Shown here: positions 61,250 through 64,000 of the stretch, in pieces
How the letters are laid out: the number at the start of each line of letters is the position of its first letter
Position numbering within the stretch: position 1 is the stretch's first letter
From: Mobula hypostoma
Lineage: Eukaryota
NCBI RefSeq assembly: GCF_963921235.1
Contig: NC_086097.1
Location: 241,058,001 to 241,122,000, forward strand
Direction: 5' to 3'
Length of the DNA stretch: 64,000 nt
Notes under the pieces: generated by a model
The model's input: only the letters and a program-made list of their open reading frames with translations
The model's database searches: none
What the model was told of the DNA's origin: nothing
Translations under genes and position numbers: made by a program

Positions 61250-64000
61250 GTTTAAATCAGAATTGTTGGGGGGTGGGAACCGAACTGAAGAGACTGGGGA
61301 AGAGGAGGTTGGCTCACAAATAGAGAAAGTTTGTAGATGGTGCGAGAGGGAGGATAGGCAGGTGATAGAGAAGGGACGCGCTCAGACCGACGGTTGAGAT
61401 GTGTCCCTTTTAACACAAGGAGTGTTGTGAACAAAGCAGGTGAGCTTAGAGCATGGATCAGTACTTGGAGATACGATGTGGTAGCCATTACAGAGACTTG
61501 GATGGCTCAGGGACAGGAATGGTTACTTCAAGTGCCGGGTTTTAGATGTTTCAGAAAGGACAGGGAGGGAGGCAAAAGTGGTGGGGGCATAACACTGTTA
61601 ATCAGAGATAGTGTCACAGCTGCAGAAAAGGTGGACGCCATGGACGGATTGTCTATGGAGTCTCTGTGGGTGGAGGTTAGGAAGAGGAAGGGGTCAATAA
61701 CTTTACTGGGTTTTTTTTATAGGCTGCCCAATAGTAACAGGGATATCGAGGAGCAGTTTGGGAAACAGATCCTGGAAAGGTGTAATAATAACAGAGTTGT
61801 CGTGATGGGAGATTTTAATTTCCCAAATATCGACTGGCATCTCCCTAAAGTGAGGGGTTTAGATGAGGTGGAGTTTGTTAGGTGTGTTCAGGAAGGTTTC
61901 TTGACACAATATGTATATAAGCCTACAAGAAGAGAGACTGTATTTGATTTGGTATTGGGAAATGAACCTGGTCAGGTGTCAGATCTCTCAGTGGGAGAGC
62001 ATTTTGGAGATTGTGATCATATTCTACCTCCTTTACAATAGCGCTGGAGAGAGCTTAGAACAGACAAGTTAGAAAGTTAGTGTATAATTGGAGTAAGGGG
62101 AATTATGAGGCTATCAGGCAGGAAATTGGAAGCTTAAATTTGAAAAAGATGTTCTCAGGGAAAAGCACAGAAGAAATGTGGCAAATGTTCAGGGGATATT
62201 TGTGTGGAGTTCTGCATAGGTACGTTCCAATGAGACAGGGAAGTTATGGTAGGGTACAGGAACTGTGGTGTACAAAGGGTGTAATAAATCTAGTCAAGAA
62301 GAAAAGAAAAGCTTACAAAAGGTTCAGAGAGTGAGGTAATGTTAGAGATCTAGAAGATTATAAGGCTAATGGGAAGGAGCTTAAGAAGGAAATTAGGAGA
62401 GTCAGAAGGAAACATGAGAAGGCCTTGGCGGGCAGCATTAAAAAATCCCCAAGGCATTCTACAAGTATGTGAAGAGCAAGAGGATAAGACGTGAAAGAAT
62501 AGGACCTAGCAAGTGTGACAGTGGGTAAGTATATATGAAACTGGAGGAAATAGCAGAGGTACTTAATGAATACTTTACTTCAGTATTTACTATGGAAAAG
62601 GATCTTGGTGATTGTTGTGATGACTTGCAGCAGACTGAAAAGTTTGAGCATGTAGATATTAAGAAAGAGGATGTGCTGGAGCTTTTGGAAAGCATCAGGT
62701 TGGATAAGTCACTGGGACCGGATGAGATGGACCCCAGGCTACGGTGGGAGGTGAGGGAGGAGATTGCTGAGCCTCTGGCGATGGTCTTTGCATCATCAAT
62801 GGGGATGGGAGAGGTTCCGGAGGATTTGAGGGTTGTGGATGTTGTTCCCTTATCCAAAAAAGGGAGTAGAGACAGCCCAGGAAATTATAGACCAGTGAGT
62901 CTTACTTCAGTGGTTGGTAAGTTGATGGAGAAGATCCTGAGAGGCAGGATTTATGAACATTTGGAGAGGTATAATATGATTAGGGATAGTCAGCATGGCT
63001 TTGTCAAGGGCAGGTAGTGCCTTACAAGCCTGATTGAATTTTTTGAGGATGTGACTAAACAGATTGATGAAGGAAGAGCAGTAGACGTAGTGTATATGGA
63101 TTTCAGCAAGGCATTTGACAAGGTATCTCATGCAAGGCTTATTGAGAAAGTAAGGAGGCATGGGATCCATGGGGACATTGCTTTGCGGATCTAGAACTGG
63201 CTTGCCCACCGAAGGCAAAGAGTGGTTGTAGACGGGTCATATTCTGCATGGAGGTCGGTCACCAGTGGAGTGCCTCAGGGATCTGTTCTGGGACCCTTAC
63301 TCTTCGTGATTTTTATAAATGACCTGGATGAGGAAGTGGAGGGATGGATTAGTAAGTTTGCTGATGACACAAAGGTTGGAGGTGTTGTGGATAGTGTGGA
63401 GGGCTGTCAGAGATTACAGCGGGACATTGATAGTACGAAAATTGGGCTGAGAAGTGGCAGATGGAGTTCAACCCAGATAAGTGTGAAGTGGTTCATTTTG
63501 GTAGGTCAAATATGATGGCAGAATATAGTATTAATGGTAAGACTCTTGGCAGTGTAGAGGATCAGAGGTATCTTGGGGTCCGAGTCCATAGGACATTCAA
63601 AGCGGCTGCGCAGGTTGACTCTGTGGTTAAGGCATACAGTGTATTGACCTTCATCAATCCTGGAATTGAACTTAGGAGCTGAGGGGTAATGTTGCAGCTA
63701 TATAGGTCCCCGGTCAGACCCCACTTGGAGTACTGTGCTCAGTTCTGGTCGCCTCACCACAGGAAGGATGTGGAAACCATAGAAAGGGTGCAGAGGAGAT
63801 TTACAAGGATGTTGCCTGGATTGGGGAGCATGCCTTATGAGAATAGGTTGAGTGAACTCGGCCTTTTCTCCTTGGAACGACGGAGGATGAGAGGTGACCC
63901 GATAGAGGTGTATAAGATGATGAGAGACATTGATCGTGTGGATAGTCAGAGGCTTTTTCCCAGGGCTGAAATGGCTGCCACAAGAGGACACAGGTTTAAG
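61250..64000 (+). mobile_element. CR1 LINE ORF2 (apurinic endonuclease plus RT), disrupted, running off the window end
   Basis: NTRSVVNK...YDVVAITETW...GFRCFRKDR...VVMGDFNFPNIDW...DLVLGNE (endonuclease); [32 protein letters not shown] and KFADDTKV (RT). Confidence 0.93.

Overview
Vertebrate genomic DNA, most likely from a cartilaginous fish; this is inferred from the repeat complement (CR1, V-SINE, Rex1 and Penelope families). The only recognisable host gene is the 5' end of TRPS1 on the minus strand. It comprises the large first coding exon (4370-5307, [11 protein letters not shown]... with the first C2H2 finger), a 5'-UTR exon ending at a donor at 10300, and a probable alternative ATG-bearing exon ending at 9848. 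These lie in a transposon-poor, CpG-retaining domain (~5.3-11.8 kb). The ~52 kb upstream is a gene-desert-like mosaic of nested CR1, Rex1/Babar, RTE and Penelope-like retroelements, SINEs, a solo LTR and Tc1/hAT MITEs, with several repeat-free islands that may be conserved enhancers. Three signals stand out. First, a family of minimal type-I hammerhead ribozymes (CUGANGA-stem II-GAAACGUC) is carried by Penelope-type terminal repeats; it includes an intact copy in a 217-bp TSD-flanked hairpin insertion and a sense-strand copy in TRPS1 intron 1. Second, an apparently conserved spliced upstream ORF overlaps the TRPS1 start codon out of frame. Third, a GATA/CRE motif block lies in the TRPS1 leader. 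Comparisons to human TRPS1 are from memory and need an alignment. Repeat boundaries are approximate unless a TSD is quoted.
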